Source: Guillardia theta CCMP2712 (Eukaryota > Protista > Cryptophyta). From it: a stretch of DNA of 64,000 nucleotides. Position numbers and translations under genes: made by a program. The notes below the pieces were generated by a model that was not told the origin of the DNA, ran no database searches, and was given only the letters and a program-made list of their open reading frames with translations. Position 1 is the first letter of the stretch, and every line of letters begins with the position of its first letter. Below, piece by piece: positions 61,610 through 64,000 of the stretch. The DNA lies in NCBI RefSeq assembly GCF_000315625.1, contig NW_005434584.1, positions 249,550-313,549 on the forward strand, in the 5' to 3' direction.

Positions 61610-61860
61610 CATCGGCCGGGCCCGGCCCGGCCCGGACGGCCGGATCATCCGGGAGCACGCGGCACGCGGGCCCGGAGAGGGCGAGACTGGCACTCACAAA
61701 GATGACTCCGCTCGGACTCCGGAGTCCGACCGAACGCGCTTCTACTCAAAGTGAAGTTCAAAATCAGCAGTCACAGTGGCTGCCGCCGCCGACGGGCCTA
61801 CGGCCCCGCATGGCCGGGCGCTCGCCGCTCAGCAGGGCGGCCGGCCCTCATCAGATGCCG
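61610..61860. promoter_or_regulatory. GC-rich palindromic island between divergent genes
   Basis: GGCCGGGCCCGGCCCGGCCCGG-type words located between two gene 5' ends. Confidence 0.45.
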
Positions 61861-62342
61861 GGGGATCGGGAACCCAAAAAAAAACGTGTAAAACCTTTTG
61901 GTCTTCGCGACGTGGTCAAGCGCTATGCAGGCGAAACAGAACGAAAGAGGAGGAGGAGGGGGAGGGGGAGGGGGAGGGGGAGGAGGAGAAGGAGGAGGAA
62001 ACAAGAAGAGAAGATGAAGGAGGGAGAGGAGAAGAGAGGAGTTATAGGAGGAGGACGACAAAAGAGGAAAATGGGAAGGAGAGGAATAGATATAAGAAGA
62101 GTGAAGAATGAAAATCAGGGAGATTCAAAGTAGTGACAAGCCAGAAGAGAAAGGATAAGTAGAGCATGAGAAAGAAAACTGGAGATATTGGGGAGGAGAG
62201 TAATAGAAAGAAGAGAAGATGGAAATAGAGCAACATTCAAATGAGAAACCAATCAGAATAGAGTTAAACAAGAGGGGTACACAACAAGTGTAGAGAACTC
62301 CTATACTGATTGAGACATCAGGATACCGGTTGCCAAGTCGCC

Positions 62343-63275
62343 ATGGTTGTCACCTGCGAGTTTCGCATCCCGATGCCGATGACGGTACAGGAGTACTTCA
62401 CTGCGCAGCTCTATATGACCGCCAAGACCACGAGGATGGAGGCTGAACGGGTGGGAGGAGCGGGGGTAGAGATTCTCAAGAACGAGCCGTGCGAACATCC
62501 CAAGCATGGACGAGGGCAGTACACGCTCAAGGTCTATCACTTCCACCACAAACTCCCGCGATGGTTGCGAGCCGTGGTTGCCAAGAACAAGGCGACGCTG
62601 AGAGAAGAGAGTTTCAACTGCTTCCCTTACATCAAGACCACCCTCACCATCGAGTCCTTCAAGAAGTTCCAAGTCGTGGTGGAGACCCAACACCTCCCGA
62701 GCACGGAGGAGGAGAACGCGCACCATCTGAATCAGAAGCATCTCAAGGGGCGCAAGGTGGAGTACCTGGACATCGCCATGGACGAGGTGGATCAGGATGA
62801 GACCGGGACGATGGGAAGTGAAGACCCGAAGAAGTGACAACCTTGACGACTTGTTGCTTGTGATGTAGAGAAGCTCAAGGCCTCAACAGGTTCCGATCGC
62901 TCAAGACAGGACGAGGACCTCTGAAAAAAGACTGGAGGAAGACTTCACGCCAGCTCATGTGCGCGTACAAGCTGGGGGGTGAACGTTGAGGAGGGAGGGA
63001 AGAGTGAAGGAGGCGCAGGTGCGAGCCAAGTTCGACTACTTCGGTCTGAGGTCAAAGGTCGAAGATTTCATCATCAACTACGAACGAAATCTGTTCCTGT
63101 GAGTGAGGAGGGGAAGTGTGCTCCGGGGGGGGGGGGGGGGGGGGGCGAGGAAGCATGTTAAGAAAGAGAAGGAGGAGGAGGAGGAAAGGAGGAGCAGGTC
63201 TCAGTGAAGAGCAGGTCAACTCACAAGCAAATCTTCTGCTGGATGGACGAATGGTATGGCCTGTCAATCCAACAG
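62343..63275 (+). CDS. Phosphatidylinositol transfer protein (PITP, START-like fold); continues beyond the window
   Basis: EFRIPMPMTVQEY..AQLYM, GVEILKNEP, GQYTLKVYH, EESFNCFPYIKT, SLKTGRGPL, MCAYKL, FCWMDEWYGL. Confidence 0.92.
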
Positions 63276-63346
63276 GTGAAGAAGAATGAGAAACTCTTTC
63301 TTGCTGCTTCCTCTCTTGATTCTTCTCTCTCCTCTTCTCTGGTGTA

Positions 63347-64000
63347 GTCTACCTCTACCTCTACCTCTACCTCTACCTCTACCTCTACCTCTACCTCTAC
63401 CTCTATCTCTATCTCTATCTCTACCTCTACCTCTACCTCTATCTCTACCTCTATCTCTATCTCATTCTCTATCTCTATCTCTACCTCTATCTCTATCTCT
63501 ATCTCTATCTCTATCTCTATCTCTATCTCTACCTCTACCTCTATCTCTACCTCTATCTCTACCTCTACCTCTACCTCTACCTCTACCTCTACCTCTACCT
63601 CTACCTCTATCTCTACCTCTATCTCTATCTCTATCTCTACCTCTATCTCTACCTCTACCTCTACCTCTATCTCTATCTCTATCTCTACCTCTATCTCTAT
63701 CTCTACCTCTATCTCTATCTCTATCTCTACCTCTACCTCTATCTCTACCTCTACCTCTATCTCTACCTCTATCTCTATCTCTATCTCTACCTCTATCTCT
63801 ATCTCTATCTCTATCTCTACTCTCCTACCTCTATCTCGTACTCGTCTATCTCTATCTCTACCTCTATCTCTATCTCTATCTCTATCTCTATCTCTATTCT
63901 AGTCTCTATCTCTACCTCTACCTCTATCTCTACCTCTACCTCTACCTCTACCTCTACCTCTATCTCTATCTCTATTCTATCTCTATCTCTATCTCTAGCT
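63347..64000. repeat. (CTCTAC/CTCTAT)n hexamer microsatellite in a PITP intron
   Basis: Seen directly in the sequence. Confidence 0.97.

Overview
Eukaryotic, intron-rich genomic DNA. The short GT-AG introns full of (GAG)n/(CCT)n tracts and GC3-rich exons suggest a Guillardia/Hanusia-like cryptophyte; this is an inference. Host genes: a coiled-coil hypothetical protein, an NXPE/PC-esterase-like SGNH protein, taxilin, a telobox-Myb protein fused to a degenerate FGGY sugar kinase, a degenerate HDAC-fold protein, CDC23/APC8, BCAS3/ATG18-like, PITP and two lineage-specific membrane proteins. Two roughly 14-15 kb mobile-DNA blocks interrupt them. Block 1 (19.26-34.08 kb) is a patchwork of short, internally deleted fragments: Gypsy, Copia, a CRE-like LINE, a tyrosine kinase, Cys-rich proteins and a probable mirusvirus major capsid protein. 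Several of these fragments have been locally amplified into near-perfect 20-38 bp tandem arrays. Block 2 (44.02-57.9 kb) is a nest of small Copia-type non-autonomous LTR elements, two chromoviruses and a TIR element that left no target-site duplication. Both blocks start directly behind a GC-rich island upstream of a minus-strand gene, and almost all recognisable pieces lie on the minus strand, which is the geometry of a piRNA-cluster-like trap. No searches were run; family assignments come from motif recognition and many boundaries are approximate.
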